From: a virus
Length of the DNA: 64,000 nucleotides
IMG/VR virus record: IMGVR_UViG_3300008267_000013
Span: 23,793 to 87,792 of that record
Reading direction: 5' to 3' (one strand)
A program made the translations under genes and the position numbers. The first letter of the stretch is position 1; every line of letters begins with the position of its first letter. Below are positions 10,946 through 22,327 of this stretch, piece after piece. Under the pieces are notes generated by a model. That model made no database searches, was not told the DNA's origin, and worked only from the letters and a program-made list of their open reading frames with translations.

Positions 10946-11704
10946 ATGGCTGATAAGAAATTACTAGAAGAGGCAACTATTCGCAGATTCATGAAACTAG
11001 CGAATATTGCTCCAACTGAGAAAGGCGTACTAACTGAAGGTACCATGAAAGTTAAACTATCCGGTCAAGAACCAGCTGGTGGCCGTGCTGCGTTCCCAAT
11101 GGCTAGCCAAGGTGTACGTGGTCCAGTACGCGAAGAAGCTGAAGAGGAAATGAAAAAAGAAGGTTGGATGAAAGAAGCCGACGAAGAAGAAGCCGCTCCA
11201 GAAGCTGATGCAGCTGATATGGGCGACATGGCAGGCGACGATATGGGCGCCCCAGCGGAAGGGGGTGATCTAGAGTCTGCTGTTGCAAGCGTTGTTGATG
11301 CATTAAATGGTCTACTAGCTGCTGCGGGTATGGAAGATAAAGAAGTAGAACTAGACTCTGGATCAGAAGAAGGTGGCGAAGAAGCTGCTGGTATGGAAGA
11401 TGAAATGGCTGCTCCAATGGCCGAAGCCAAAGAAGAAGAAGAAAAAGAAGGTAAAAAAGAAGAAGAGGAAGAAGAACTAGAAGAAAGCATTGAACTAGTT
11501 GACGACACTCTTATCGAGAAACTTGTACAACGCGTATCAGCTCGTCTAGTTGCTGAAGCTCGCAAACAAAAAGATGCTAAACTAGCCGAAGCTAAAAAAG
11601 GCGGCGCTGGTAACTGGCTAGCCAAGCCAAAACACTCCAAGCCACCAAAAGCCAAAGGTAACCCAACCAAAGGTGGCACTCCATTCAAGGGTGGAAAGAA
11701 ATAG
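10946..11704 (+). CDS. Acidic low-complexity protein, putative head scaffold/internal protein
   Basis: E/A-rich; many LxE sites; preceded by ACTATTTAT motif and strong RBS; followed by a terminator. Confidence 0.6.
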   Translation: MADKKLLEEATIRRFMKLANIAPTEKGVLTEGTMKVKLSGQEPAGGRAAFPMASQGVRGPVREEAEEEMKKEGWMKEADEEEAAPEADAADMGDMAGDDMGAPAEGGDLESAVASVVDALNGLLAAAGMEDKEVELDSGSEEGGEEAAGMEDEMAAPMAEAKEEEEKEGKKEEEEEELEESIELVDDTLIEKLVQRVSARLVAEARKQKDAKLAEAKKGGAGNWLAKPKHSKPPKAKGNPTKGGTPFKGGKK

Positions 11705-11722
11705 TATTAAGCGGTAAATATT

Positions 11723-11756
11723 AAAAAGAGCGGCTGGGTGACCGGTCGCTCTTTTT
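11723..11756 (+). terminator. Rho-independent terminator
   Basis: AAAAAGAGCGGCTGG-GTGA-CCGGTCGCTCTTTTT. Confidence 0.85.
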
Positions 11757-12925
11757 GTTTGTTCTTTACAAGATATTTTGTAAGTGTTAAGATGTATCGG
11801 AGGTGAAAAAATGGTAGATGCTTTTATGTTTTTTGTACTTGGTGTTGTAACGATGAGAGTGTTGCAATTCCTGTTGGGTATAGTTCCAAATTATTATATA
11901 TTTAAACAAGCTGAGTACTCAGCGTTTAGAATACTGGCTGATGTTCATTTACAAAAATTAACTGTTATGAAGATAATTGAGGCTTGTTATTTTGATACAG
12001 GCAGGGGAGATGAATTTTTAGCTATACAAAATGAAGTAAATAAACGCTACAATGATATAATTAGTAAGTGTATAGAACGTATCAAGACTTCACTACCATA
12101 CAAAACTACTTATAATAATCTACAAGAAGCAATAGAAACTCTGATAGAGGAGAAAAGAAATGAACATCAAAGATGAGGCAATGCTGGAAACAATTAGAAA
12201 AATGATCGTAGAAGCAAAGAAGGAAATGGGTAATAAGAAAATCCTAACAGAAGGTAAAACGGCAAAGGAAGTATTTAATCAACACGACAAGAATCTTAAA
12301 GAATATATTCTTGAGAATGTTTTAAAGACCCTATCAGAAACACAAAAGTAATGACCGTAAAAGATCCTAAAAAAATCATTAGAAATCTTTTCGATAAATA
12401 TGCCACCAAAGAAGAAAATGTGGTGTATGCAGAAAAACTATTTATTATAAATACAGTTATAAATTATTTATTTAAAGATAAACATTATACTTCCATAGAC
12501 AAGGTAAAATTAGTTGAATATGGTGAAATTATTAATAAATATTTAAAGGATGAAGTTGACATCTACTGGAAAGATGATACACTAATGGTTGAGGATGTTG
12601 AGGGTGTTAGAAAACCTAGCGGGGTATAAAATGAGGCCAACTGCTTGGAAGCTTTATGAATCTAATGATTGTGTTACCTACAGGATTCAATTTGATGAAG
12701 TACCTTGGAAGTTCAAGAAAGCATTGCATGAAGCTATGAAAGATTGGAAATCTGGTCCATATGGTTGGCATAAAACAACTGGTAACCAACTATATACGTT
12801 TAGTAAAGAATTTAAGAATCTGGAAGACTGGACGCAATGGGCCGAATCATTCCCTATCCAGATAACCGAGAAGCGTGTGTGGGGCGACCGGGAAAAAATC
12901 ATTCTACACGGAAAGAAGACAAAAA

Positions 12926-13594
12926 ATGGCTAGAATCACAAAGAAGAGCAAGATCTCAGGTGAACAAGAAATTGCTGTTGAAGAGGATGAATCCGGAAAC
13001 CTAATTATTATGCAGCCACCAGCTGCTCCAGAGGTTAAGTTTCGTAAAATTGGTTTAATTGGCGATGTTGACGAAGAGAAAAGCGCGGACATTATTCAGT
13101 CTCTATATGCACTCAAAGAAATGGGTAGAATCGAAATCCCTCCTGCTACTAAGCGAAGCAAGCCAAAGATCTCCTATGATCCAATCGATTTTATCATCTC
13201 GACTCACGGTGGAAGTGCTAGTGATATGTTTGCGATGTACGATGTGATGCGTGATGTACGCTCAGATGGCTGCGAAATCCACACTTTTGGTGTTGGTAAG
13301 GTTATGAGTGCAGGTGTGTTGCTTCTAGCTGCTGGAACAAAAGGTGAGCGTAAAATTGGTAAGCATTGCCGTGTTATGATGCACTCAGTTATTGGTGGTA
13401 ACAGCGGCCCAATCTTTAATCTTGAGAACGAGATGAAAGAAGTACGCGCAACTCAAGAACGTTATATTCAAGCTCTTAAATCAGAAACAAAAATGTCCAT
13501 TAAACAGATTAATAATTTCTTTAATCGCCATGTTGATATCTATTTATCGGCTGAAGAAGCAGTTAAATTAGGAATTGCTGACATTGTAGTTTAA
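12926..13594 (+). CDS. clpP: ClpP-like serine protease (copy 1)
   Basis: ISTHGG, KVMSAG (Ser), VMMH (His), DIYLSAEEAVKLGIAD (Asp). Confidence 0.9.
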   Translation: MARITKKSKISGEQEIAVEEDESGNLIIMQPPAAPEVKFRKIGLIGDVDEEKSADIIQSLYALKEMGRIEIPPATKRSKPKISYDPIDFIISTHGGSASDMFAMYDVMRDVRSDGCEIHTFGVGKVMSAGVLLLAAGTKGERKIGKHCRVMMHSVIGGNSGPIFNLENEMKEVRATQERYIQALKSETKMSIKQINNFFNRHVDIYLSAEEAVKLGIADIVV

Positions 13595-13608
13595 GGAAGA
13601 ACATTTAA

Positions 13609-15669
13609 ATGATAAAGAAGAAAGATATAGACCTAGGCTCTATTGTTAAGCAGAGTATCTTAGAATCCAAGAAAGATCTTGGAATTATAGCAGAACAAGA
13701 GAATTCCAAAACAAATAAGAAAAAATTTGTTTACAGGGAGTTTGATCCAATAAGAGACATAAAACTAGTTGACATGAACCCCGGTGCTTGGAGTCTTGCT
13801 GGAAATCCTGATGCTAATGATATTGATGCGGTTTTACAGAATTTAGTAGAAGCCGGCGAAGACCCAATACAGAAAATCAAAAGTTTATTTAAAAATTTAA
13901 ATGAATTGATGAAAGTTACCAAAACATCAGCAGGTTTAACAATAAGTAAAAGCGCTAGAGAATTTTCGTCACAGCAAGAAAAATTTTCTCATGCACAAAT
14001 CATGAGATTACTGTACACAATGTTTGTTGAAAGTAAACCAGGTGTTACAGGAACATGGTTTGAATCTTTTATAGCTAGAGCAGTTGGAGGTTACTCCACA
14101 AACAGAGACGATATAACCATAGAAGATGTGAGAGTTGGTAATAACTTCCTAAGTTTGAAAGTTATCTCATCAGGAACTGATATAACTGGTTCCAAGTTCA
14201 ATTTAGCAAGAGGTATATTATCTGCCGAAGAAGCTGGTGGCGCTGATTCGGGAATCATATATTTAGTGTGCGTAAAAGATACAAATAGTTTTCCTATGTA
14301 TTTTGAAACATTTTCATTTAAAATAAATAAAAATAACTTTTTCAAGTTTGTTTGCAGAAAACCAAACCCAACCGCAGATGAAATAAAAGCGCAAGCAGAG
14401 AGTATTCTTGGCCGTTTTATAGACGCTTTACCAGATAACTTAAAAACTAATCCTAACTTTAAAAAAACACTATCCGAGAATCTAATATTAGAAGGAAGAC
14501 CAGTAACATCAATAAAAATAAAACAATTAACTGCCGCAGCAGAAAATTATGCTACTGATAAGCTTGGTTGGAATAAGCAAGCAGGTGATTTGATTTCACA
14601 CTTTTTCACAAAATATTTTGAAGATTTAGTTGAAAATGTTTATAGTGTTTCTTTAAATATTAAAATAGGTGATAAAAGTCTTTACGAAGCATTAAGCGGC
14701 ACTAAAGAAACTAAGGCATTATTTCCAGGATTCAATGAATTAAAAAAATTAATGAATCCAAATGATAAACCACAACAATCGTTTATAAATGACGTTCTTT
14801 ATTCTAAAATAATGCAAGGCTATTATAATCTCTCTGATAATCACAATGTGTGGTCGTTCGCGGAAACTATTGAGCCAGATAAAAATATTAGAAATCTAGC
14901 TGTAAGAGTAAATAATAGAGAAGTATTATCACCTGAAGAATATAAAATAATTGATGATCACTTAAAAAATAATAGTAGTAAATATGTAAACGCTTGGAAA
15001 ACATTTGTAGAAAATGAAAAGGTTGTTAGTTTCTTTAAATTTCTTGATGAGTTTGCTTATTATGCACAAAAAGCACAAAAAGAAGCATCATCCAGCGCCA
15101 ACCCAGAACAACCTGCTTTAGCTCAACCAGAAATCCCTAGTCAGCCGCAGACAGGACTTCAAAACAAAACTTCATCGTATATTGATCTATTCTTTAAGTA
15201 CGTTAAGACAAACTCTGAAACATTCAAAATATTAAGTCAATCAGAAAATAGTAAGCAATTAGAGGAATCTAAAAAAGATACCGGCTCAAGATTCGAAATG
15301 TCTATCAGTTTAGCTAAAACTTTAGCTAATACTTCCGAGGCTGAACTTGATGATGCGTATGATACTGTGTACGTTGATACAAAATTTTTATTGAAAGAAG
15401 GAACACAACTAGAAAATGAATTAAAAAATGATATATTTATGAAATTGTTTAAAGATAAACACGACTTAGAACAAAGATATTTACAATATTTCGCCTATGG
15501 AGAACTTGAGGGTGCTAAATTATTAACTAGTGTTGTTGATGATTTAAAGAAAGATTCTACAGATTTCTTACAGGGATTAGCTAATAAACAGCCCGTACAA
15601 GAAAATAAAAACAATAAACACTTGACAAAACAATGGGCAATGGATATATTCAATAAGTTGATCAAATAG
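13609..15669 (+). CDS. Large hypothetical protein, possible PD-(D/E)xK-like segment
   Basis: 686-aa ORF; FESF...EDV...LSLK weak motif; several LxE sites. Confidence 0.55.
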   Translation: MIKKKDIDLGSIVKQSILESKKDLGIIAEQENSKTNKKKFVYREFDPIRDIKLVDMNPGAWSLAGNPDANDIDAVLQNLVEAGEDPIQKIKSLFKNLNELMKVTKTSAGLTISKSAREFSSQQEKFSHAQIMRLLYTMFVESKPGVTGTWFESFIARAVGGYSTNRDDITIEDVRVGNNFLSLKVISSGTDITGSKFNLARGILSAEEAGGADSGIIYLVCVKDTNSFPMYFETFSFKINKNNFFKFVCRKPNPTADEIKAQAESILGRFIDALPDNLKTNPNFKKTLSENLILEGRPVTSIKIKQLTAAAENYATDKLGWNKQAGDLISHFFTKYFEDLVENVYSVSLNIKIGDKSLYEALSGTKETKALFPGFNELKKLMNPNDKPQQSFINDVLYSKIMQGYYNLSDNHNVWSFAETIEPDKNIRNLAVRVNNREVLSPEEYKIIDDHLKNNSSKYVNAWKTFVENEKVVSFFKFLDEFAYYAQKAQKEASSSANPEQPALAQPEIPSQPQTGLQNKTSSYIDLFFKYVKTNSETFKILSQSENSKQLEESKKDTGSRFEMSISLAKTLANTSEAELDDAYDTVYVDTKFLLKEGTQLENELKNDIFMKLFKDKHDLEQRYLQYFAYGELEGAKLLTSVVDDLKKDSTDFLQGLANKQPVQENKNNKHLTKQWAMDIFNKLIK

Positions 15670-15677
15670 GAGGAACC

Positions 15678-17243
15678 GTGAAGGTTTACAACAAAGAATC
15701 AGATTTAAATCAAAAAATTGTATCAGGTGTTAAAAAGTTAGCCGAAGCTGTTGGAACAACATTGGGGCCAAAAGGCCGTAATGTTATAATTCAACAAAAA
15801 GGTAAGACGCCATTCATAACAAAAGATGGAATTTCAGTCGCTTCTCATATTGAATTTGAAGATCCGTTTGAGAACGCTGGCGCTCAAGTTTTAAAGCAAG
15901 TATCGCAGAGGACAGTAGAGGATTGTGGTGATGGTACGACAACATCAACAATTCTTGCAGCTGCTGTATTAACTAAATCGCAGAAGTACATAACTGCTGG
16001 TTCTTCCCCGACAGATATTCGTCGCGGTATGGAGAAGGCTGTTGAAGGCATTGTTGCTAATTTAAAGGATCTTGCAAAGCCAATCTCAAGTGTAGAAGAT
16101 ATTGAACATATAGCGACAATATCAGCAAACGGTGATAAAAAAATTGGTAAACTAATTGCGACAGCTGTTGATAAAGCAGGTGTCGATGGAGCCATTTCTA
16201 TCGAAGAAGGCCGCGCTCTAGAAACAAAATTAGATATCGTAGAAGGATTTCAGTTTGACGCTGGTTACGCCTCTCCGCAATTTATTACCGATGAACGCAA
16301 GGGTTCTGTAAGATATGAAAACGCTCTTGTTCTCGTAACAGACCAAGATATGGAACATATTGATGATATGATCCCTGTTCTAGAGATTGCAGCACGTGAT
16401 AAGCGCCCACTTGTTATTGTTGCCGAATCTGTTGAAGGACAGGCTCTTGCAGCTCTTATCATGAACGCAGTACGTGGTACAATGCGTGTTATGGCTATTA
16501 AAGCCCCACGATATGGTCAAGAACGCAAGAATCTATTAAAAGATCTCTCAATATCAGTTGGAGCTAAGTTTATTTCCAAAGAACACGGCATGTTGCTAAG
16601 AGATGTCAAATTGGTAGATCTAGGCTCAGTTAAGAGCGTAGAATCATTAAAGAATTGGTCAACATTTGTTGGCGGAAAGGGTGATCATGAAGAAATTGAA
16701 AAGCGCATTGAATCACTTAAAAATGAAATTACTCAAACCGATGACCTATCTGAATGTAGCCGCATCCAGGATCGTATCACAAGACTCGCAGCAGGCGTGG
16801 CTATTATATCTGTTGGGGGAGTTACAGAAGTAGATATGATTGAGCGTAAACACCGTATCGAAGATGCGTTATCCGCAGTTAAGAGCGCTCAAGAGGAGGG
16901 AATATTACCTGGTGGTGGCGTAGCTCTGCTGCGTGCAATAGCAGGATTAAATGTTACAGGTGACAATCAAGATGAAGAATTTGGTATACAAATCATCAAA
17001 GACGCATGTGAAGCTCCTATCCGTAAGATAGCCGAAAACTGTAATGAAAAAGCGGATGTCATCATCAATAATTTAACTGGTCGCGATACTTGGATTGGTT
17101 ATGATTTTAAAGATGGAATATATGTAAATTTCCAAACGGTTGGAGTGCTCGATCCTGCAAAAGTAACACGCTGCGCTCTTCAAAATGCTGTGTCAGCAGC
17201 CTCAACTTTATTGACAACAAATTACGCCATTATTGAAGTCTGA
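15678..17243 (+). CDS. groEL: GroEL-like chaperonin
   Basis: TLGPKGRNV, ITKDG, GDGTTT, EEGILPGGG, GVLDPAKVTR; no GGM tail. Confidence 0.96.
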   Translation: MKVYNKESDLNQKIVSGVKKLAEAVGTTLGPKGRNVIIQQKGKTPFITKDGISVASHIEFEDPFENAGAQVLKQVSQRTVEDCGDGTTTSTILAAAVLTKSQKYITAGSSPTDIRRGMEKAVEGIVANLKDLAKPISSVEDIEHIATISANGDKKIGKLIATAVDKAGVDGAISIEEGRALETKLDIVEGFQFDAGYASPQFITDERKGSVRYENALVLVTDQDMEHIDDMIPVLEIAARDKRPLVIVAESVEGQALAALIMNAVRGTMRVMAIKAPRYGQERKNLLKDLSISVGAKFISKEHGMLLRDVKLVDLGSVKSVESLKNWSTFVGGKGDHEEIEKRIESLKNEITQTDDLSECSRIQDRITRLAAGVAIISVGGVTEVDMIERKHRIEDALSAVKSAQEEGILPGGGVALLRAIAGLNVTGDNQDEEFGIQIIKDACEAPIRKIAENCNEKADVIINNLTGRDTWIGYDFKDGIYVNFQTVGVLDPAKVTRCALQNAVSAASTLLTTNYAIIEV

Positions 17244-17290
17244 TAACTATTTATTAGAGGCGGTATTTTTCATGAAAGGGGGGTAGCGAA

Positions 17291-17611
17291 ATGGACCAAC
17301 AAAATAGCTTTAGAGATATAGAAGAAGTGATGATCGAAATTAAGATTGGAACTGAGAGAATAACCAGCAAATTAGAGCAGTTAGGCGATACCATCTCTAA
17401 GCTTGAGAGTTCCATTTCACGTATAGATAGTGCTATCTCCTCTCAAGAAAGAAGACTAATTGTTTTAGAGCAATCTGTTCCTAGAAATTTATTGGAAGAC
17501 CTAGCACTTCTGAAGAATTCACAAGCTAATCAAACAAAGCTTATGTGGCTTATAGGTGGTGCTGCTGTTTCTGGTTGGTTAAAAACAATCTTTACCTTGA
17601 TAACTCAGTAA
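17291..17611 (+). CDS. Coiled-coil protein with C-terminal membrane segment
   Basis: Heptad-like region then LMWLIGGAAVSGWL; upstream ACTATTTAT. Confidence 0.5.
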   Translation: MDQQNSFRDIEEVMIEIKIGTERITSKLEQLGDTISKLESSISRIDSAISSQERRLIVLEQSVPRNLLEDLALLKNSQANQTKLMWLIGGAAVSGWLKTIFTLITQ

Positions 17612-18912
17612 GAGTGTGTTACAATTACCGGGAAGTGGCTTATGCTGCTTCTCGGTTTTTTATTGGAGGATATATGAACGTTAAAATTAGTTTTACAATA
17701 CCAATTGAAGAATTACCAAATAAGATTTATGGGATTCTTAAAGAAAATGTTAATAAATTAGAAGATGCAGGTGAAATGTTAAACCAAGTATCAATAAACC
17801 AGAGTAACTTAATATCTTCTATTAAAAATATAGATTCTATAAGAAAGTTACTACTTACAGTTGATACGCAGCTTGGAGATTGCTATAATATCCTTCTTGG
17901 TTACAACAAAGCAGTAACAGAATCTTTGTATCCAAAAGAAGAAGGGGTAAATAATGCAGTCGATGTGGACAACGACTCTTCACAAGGGTGATATAGTAAA
18001 GATTCCTCAGAACACTCATCTTTTTAGGGGAACATCGTTTTTTGTACCAGATAAACCAATATACGGAATAATTACAGAAGAAATAGAAGGTTATTACGAT
18101 ATTATGGTAAATGGCGAGAATTGGCTAGCCTTTAAGTGTGAAGTATACCCAGGGAGATAACATGGTTAGATTTACAGAAGTTTATCAGAAACAAGGTACT
18201 AATCAATATAGTATGAGAGAGATTACTATCAACCCACAACACGTTGTAGCCTTTAGGGAAGATCCAGGTGTTCAGTCTGCATTAAATGAAAATAGACTAC
18301 CAGAAGGTCTTTCTAAGAATATTGGCTTTACTCGTATCTATTTAAATTCAGGGCAGTTTAGTCTAAATGTTGTTGTAGCTGGTTCGCCAGAGATGGTGGA
18401 ACAAAAAATGTCCACCTCTAAGAAGCTGCTCAAGGGCTAATCTATGGCAGAAGATAATCAAGATGATGATGAACTAAAAGATTATTTTGTTGTTAAGTTT
18501 GAAAAATTCCTTCAGCTGATGGAAGAAATAGAACACAAATATCAAATACTTGCTGATTTAATTCATGAACAAGTATTAGCTACATTACCAGACTTTTGGG
18601 AAGGTACTCCTATAAAAGATCTAATGAGGTTTTTTGTAGATGTATCCGATTTAAGAGACTTTTTGGAAGATAAAATAAACAACGCTTCCGACGATGAAGT
18701 TAAGTTAGCTGCAAAATATAATATAAAAGATGTTTTGATGAAAACAGAAGAACTAGCAAGGATGAATGTCCTACTTGTTTCAGTAGAGGAGCTAGAAGCA
18801 AGAATTGAAATAGAACATAAAATTTCTATACAGACCCATTGACAAGTTTAAAGTAGTGATTACACTATAGACATACCGCGCCACTGGCGCTTTTTCAAAA
18901 GGAGAAAAACGT

Positions 18913-19275
18913 ATGTCAATACTAGTTCGTGAGTTCGACAATCTATTTAGCAGCACGGCTTCAACCACTTGGGCAGATAGCCCAAGTTATGGTGCATATC
19001 ACCAACATACCCGGGAGGATGAGATCCTTATCGAAGTACCACTTGTTGGGATGACTAAAGAAAATGTATCTGTTGATGTAAGTGATAATGTTTTAGCAGT
19101 TATAGCTAAAACTGATAACACAACACGATATACTAGAAACTTTAGTCAGAAGTGGATCCTAACAAAGGATTCTGATGCCGAGAATATTTCTGCTAAACTT
19201 GAAAATGGTTTACTTTCTGTACGTATTCCACGCACCAAACCAGCAAAGAAAGTTATTAATGTATCTGTTATTTAA
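18913..19275 (+). CDS. Small heat-shock protein (Hsp20/alpha-crystallin)
   Basis: VPLVGMTKENVSVDV...ISAKLENGLLSVRIP. Confidence 0.9.
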   Translation: MSILVREFDNLFSSTASTTWADSPSYGAYHQHTREDEILIEVPLVGMTKENVSVDVSDNVLAVIAKTDNTTRYTRNFSQKWILTKDSDAENISAKLENGLLSVRIPRTKPAKKVINVSVI

Positions 19276-19292
19276 TAATAATTAAGTAATGG

Positions 19293-19322
19293 GCGAGCAG
19301 ACTAAAATCTGCTCGCTTTTTT
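19293..19322 (+). terminator. Rho-independent terminator
   Basis: GCGAGCAGA-loop-TCTGCTCGC-TTTTTT. Confidence 0.8.
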
Positions 19323-19357
19323 ATTGCTTTATATATATTATAAAGCTATTTATAGTC

Positions 19358-19681
19358 ATGAGATTAATATTATTAGACAAACGTGAATTAGAAATGGGTA
19401 TTGAAAAAGAGAGTACCGAACACGGAATGTCATATGAAGAAGCTCGCAGAACAGCCATTGATCACCTAAAAGAACGACCTGATTATTATTCTGTAGCTGA
19501 AAAGGCTGGCCTTGAAGAAGAGGGTCTTGAAGAATGGACTGATTCTATTTTCACTAAAGAAAAAACAGGCGGCAGAACTGGTCGTTTAAAGAAACATTGG
19601 AACAAACAAAAGAGAAGTGGTAAGAAACAATTCGCGGATATTCCAGTTGGGGCTAGCGGCGGAATGTTTACAGACGAATAG
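19358..19681 (+). CDS. DUF5661-like phage protein
   Basis: ELEMGIEKESTEH...AIDHLKERPDYY recalled as the DUF5661 pattern. Confidence 0.55.
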   Translation: MRLILLDKRELEMGIEKESTEHGMSYEEARRTAIDHLKERPDYYSVAEKAGLEEEGLEEWTDSIFTKEKTGGRTGRLKKHWNKQKRSGKKQFADIPVGASGGMFTDE

Positions 19682-19722
19682 TTCTGTGATACACTATATA
19701 AGTTTTATAGAAGGATAATAAC

Positions 19723-20133
19723 ATGAAGATTACAAAAGAAAGACTAGAACAACTAATCCAGGAAGAACTAGCTGTTGGTGTTATAAGCCCAGAAGAGATG
19801 AAAGGTGGCGAAGAACCACGCGATCCAGATGGCTATGAGGGCCGTATGGCAAAGCAAAATCTATGGAAAATCTGCGAATACGCCAGAACTCTACATGATC
19901 TCATAGGCGACGATGAAAATCTAGAACCATGGGTAGAAGAGAAAATTGCGGTAGCAGCATTTATGATGGATTCAGTTGGACACTATATGGAATATGAGAA
20001 ACACCGCTCACACGAAGGCTCAGAAGGTGAGATGGACCATGCTGATTTTGATGGTGGTCACGAAGAAGAGGGTGATGAGGAATATGAATTTGAATTCGAA
20101 CCCGAAGAAGGCGAAGAAGAAGAGGAACTATAA
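19723..20133 (+). CDS. Acidic protein with MKITKERLEQLIQEEL leader (putative internal head protein)
   Basis: Shared leader; LEPWVEEKIAVA. Confidence 0.6.
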   Translation: MKITKERLEQLIQEELAVGVISPEEMKGGEEPRDPDGYEGRMAKQNLWKICEYARTLHDLIGDDENLEPWVEEKIAVAAFMMDSVGHYMEYEKHRSHEGSEGEMDHADFDGGHEEEGDEEYEFEFEPEEGEEEEEL

Positions 20134-21218
20134 TGTTAACAAGAAAAGAAACTCGTAAAGTTCTTGTTGAATGGAAAAACTTTCTTCAAGAAGGTGAAGG
20201 TAAGAAAATAGCAGTTGTTGATTTAGACGGAACTGTTTTCGAGAAGGGATTAAACCTAGCAAATATCCCAGAGGGAACAGTTGCTGGTCCAATTAAATAC
20301 TTCGCCTTATCGTCTGTTGAATCATTAACTCCAAACGCTAAATCAAGCAATGGTATTTTTAATGGTAATGATGAAATATTTACTGATGTTATCAAGCAAG
20401 TTAATGATTTAAAGAAGCAAGGTCACAAGGTTGTTATGTTAACAGCTAGATCCGTTCCAAACTTCGCTGATTATAAGGCCAAAAATGATCCTAATCTTAA
20501 TTTTGTAGATTCAGGTGTTACCTTAATTGAAACTAACGGTGAGTTATTAAACAAACTAAGCCAACTTGTAAGAGATATTGGTTTAGAAGTTGATGAAATT
20601 TATCCACTAAACGCTCCCGAAGAAGGCAAAAAACATGCCAAGAAAGCAGAATCATACAAGAAAGATGCAATAATCAACATTGTCAGAGATGCCTCAGAAG
20701 TAATCATTTTCGAAGATGATAGAGAAATAAAAGTAGCTCTACAAAATAAGCTACATAAAGAGTTACCAGATGTTCTTGTTAATTTTGCAAATGTTGGCCC
20801 AGCGATAACAGATACCGCACGCGAAGAAGATGCTGCTGCCAAAGAACAGGTTAAAACTACAGCTTTAAAGGTAGTAGAAGCAATCTTTGGTGAAGGTACT
20901 TATGTAAGACCACAGGGTAGACCATCAGACACAATAGTTAAAATGCGCGATATTCTATATCCTGCACAAATTAGCAGCGAAGAAGACGACATTCTGCAAT
21001 CAGTTATTAAAATTTATACAAATGCTACAAAGAAGCTAACCTTCAAAGATTTTGAAATTGTCAGTAATCTAAAAGATAATAAAGCGCTATTAAAGAAGTT
21101 TAAAGCAGCCTATAAAGAAGCTAGTAAAGAGCAAGGGTTCACACCAGAACCTGATGAGATGGGTGATCAACTTAAAGAATCCTTAAATAAATTGAGAGTT
21201 ATATTAAAAAATAAGTAG
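20133..21218 (+). CDS. HAD-superfamily phosphatase-like protein
   Basis: VVDLDGT, MLTAR, IFEDD motifs. Confidence 0.7.
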   Translation: MLTRKETRKVLVEWKNFLQEGEGKKIAVVDLDGTVFEKGLNLANIPEGTVAGPIKYFALSSVESLTPNAKSSNGIFNGNDEIFTDVIKQVNDLKKQGHKVVMLTARSVPNFADYKAKNDPNLNFVDSGVTLIETNGELLNKLSQLVRDIGLEVDEIYPLNAPEEGKKHAKKAESYKKDAIINIVRDASEVIIFEDDREIKVALQNKLHKELPDVLVNFANVGPAITDTAREEDAAAKEQVKTTALKVVEAIFGEGTYVRPQGRPSDTIVKMRDILYPAQISSEEDDILQSVIKIYTNATKKLTFKDFEIVSNLKDNKALLKKFKAAYKEASKEQGFTPEPDEMGDQLKESLNKLRVILKNK

Positions 21219-21631
21219 TTTTCAGAACTAATTATATATGTAGGGAAAGGAGAATATAATTTTAACGGGCTTGATACGCCAAGGATAAACCCAGAATGTG
21301 TACCATTTGTAAAAAGTTTAAAAAGGGAACGATTGATACCGACGAAGCAAGAGATTTGTTAGAGGAGTCACTAGAGTTCCTGAGTGAAGAACACATCGAA
21401 GAAGTAGAACAGATGATCTTTGAAGCAGAAGATACATATGAATACATGATGGAACGCCACCTTGATAAGCTAGAATTAGACGGTGGCCCTGGCTATGAAG
21501 ATGACGAAGATTATATTATCGAAGAAGATCTTCACGAAGAAGAAATCCCAGAAGATGATGACGAATAATTTATAAGGATAGAAATACAGCCACCGCATAG
21601 AAATGTGCGGTGGTTTTCTATTTATTACAGC

Positions 21632-22327
21632 ATGAAATTATATTTCAATCACGAAATGGGTTTTGGTAAGATGATGCATGAAACAATGCTTTATTATCCA
21701 TTTGGTGCAACATTTGAACCACATGAGCGTTCACACGCATTGGAAACAGGTTGGTTCCCCATTAATAATGTTATGTGGTTTCAAAGCCGCTCAACAAGAA
21801 TAAACTTAAAAAAGTATTCACCATCGGAGAAAGTGTTAAAGCTTTCAAAGAGCATAAAATATTATCCAGATGTCAATATGACACCTGTTAAAAAAGCGCG
21901 TCTCCAGGAGATATATGATAAATATGTCCAACATAAAGGTTTCCGCGATTTATCATTAACAGTTGATGATATGATTGCAAACTCAAGCGGACATGTGTAT
22001 TATGTACACAATAACAAGATAATAGGTTTTACATTCTATAAGATAATCGGCAAGAATTATCTCTCAATAGAGTTTGCTTGGGATTATGAATTACCAAAGT
22101 TATCACTTGGACATGTTAGTATATATTTTGAAAGTCTGTTTGCAAAAACGCAGCGTTGCGAGTATATGTATCTCTCTGCTGGTTATGAGTCATGCTCGCT
22201 TTATAAAGCAGACTATAAAGGGTTTGAGTGGTGGAAAGGGTATGAGTGGTCAGATGATGTTGACAAGTTCAAGAGCCTATGCTACATTGATGAGCAAGTG
22301 AAGATCTTGAACTTTGAGAGCACATGA
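21632..22327 (+). CDS. Aminoacyl-tRNA-protein transferase-like (Ate1/Bpt family, GNAT-like)
   Basis: LETGW, STRINL, IYDKY, WDY...LSLG, YMYLSAGYESCSLYKADY resemble Ate/Bpt motifs. Confidence 0.7.
   Translation: MKLYFNHEMGFGKMMHETMLYYPFGATFEPHERSHALETGWFPINNVMWFQSRSTRINLKKYSPSEKVLKLSKSIKYYPDVNMTPVKKARLQEIYDKYVQHKGFRDLSLTVDDMIANSSGHVYYVHNNKIIGFTFYKIIGKNYLSIEFAWDYELPKLSLGHVSIYFESLFAKTQRCEYMYLSAGYESCSLYKADYKGFEWWKGYEWSDDVDKFKSLCYIDEQVKILNFEST

Noticed and set aside
11065-11688. 207-aa Ser-rich minus-strand ORF (likewise 54002-54958)
   Set aside because: Antisense to low-complexity acidic genes.
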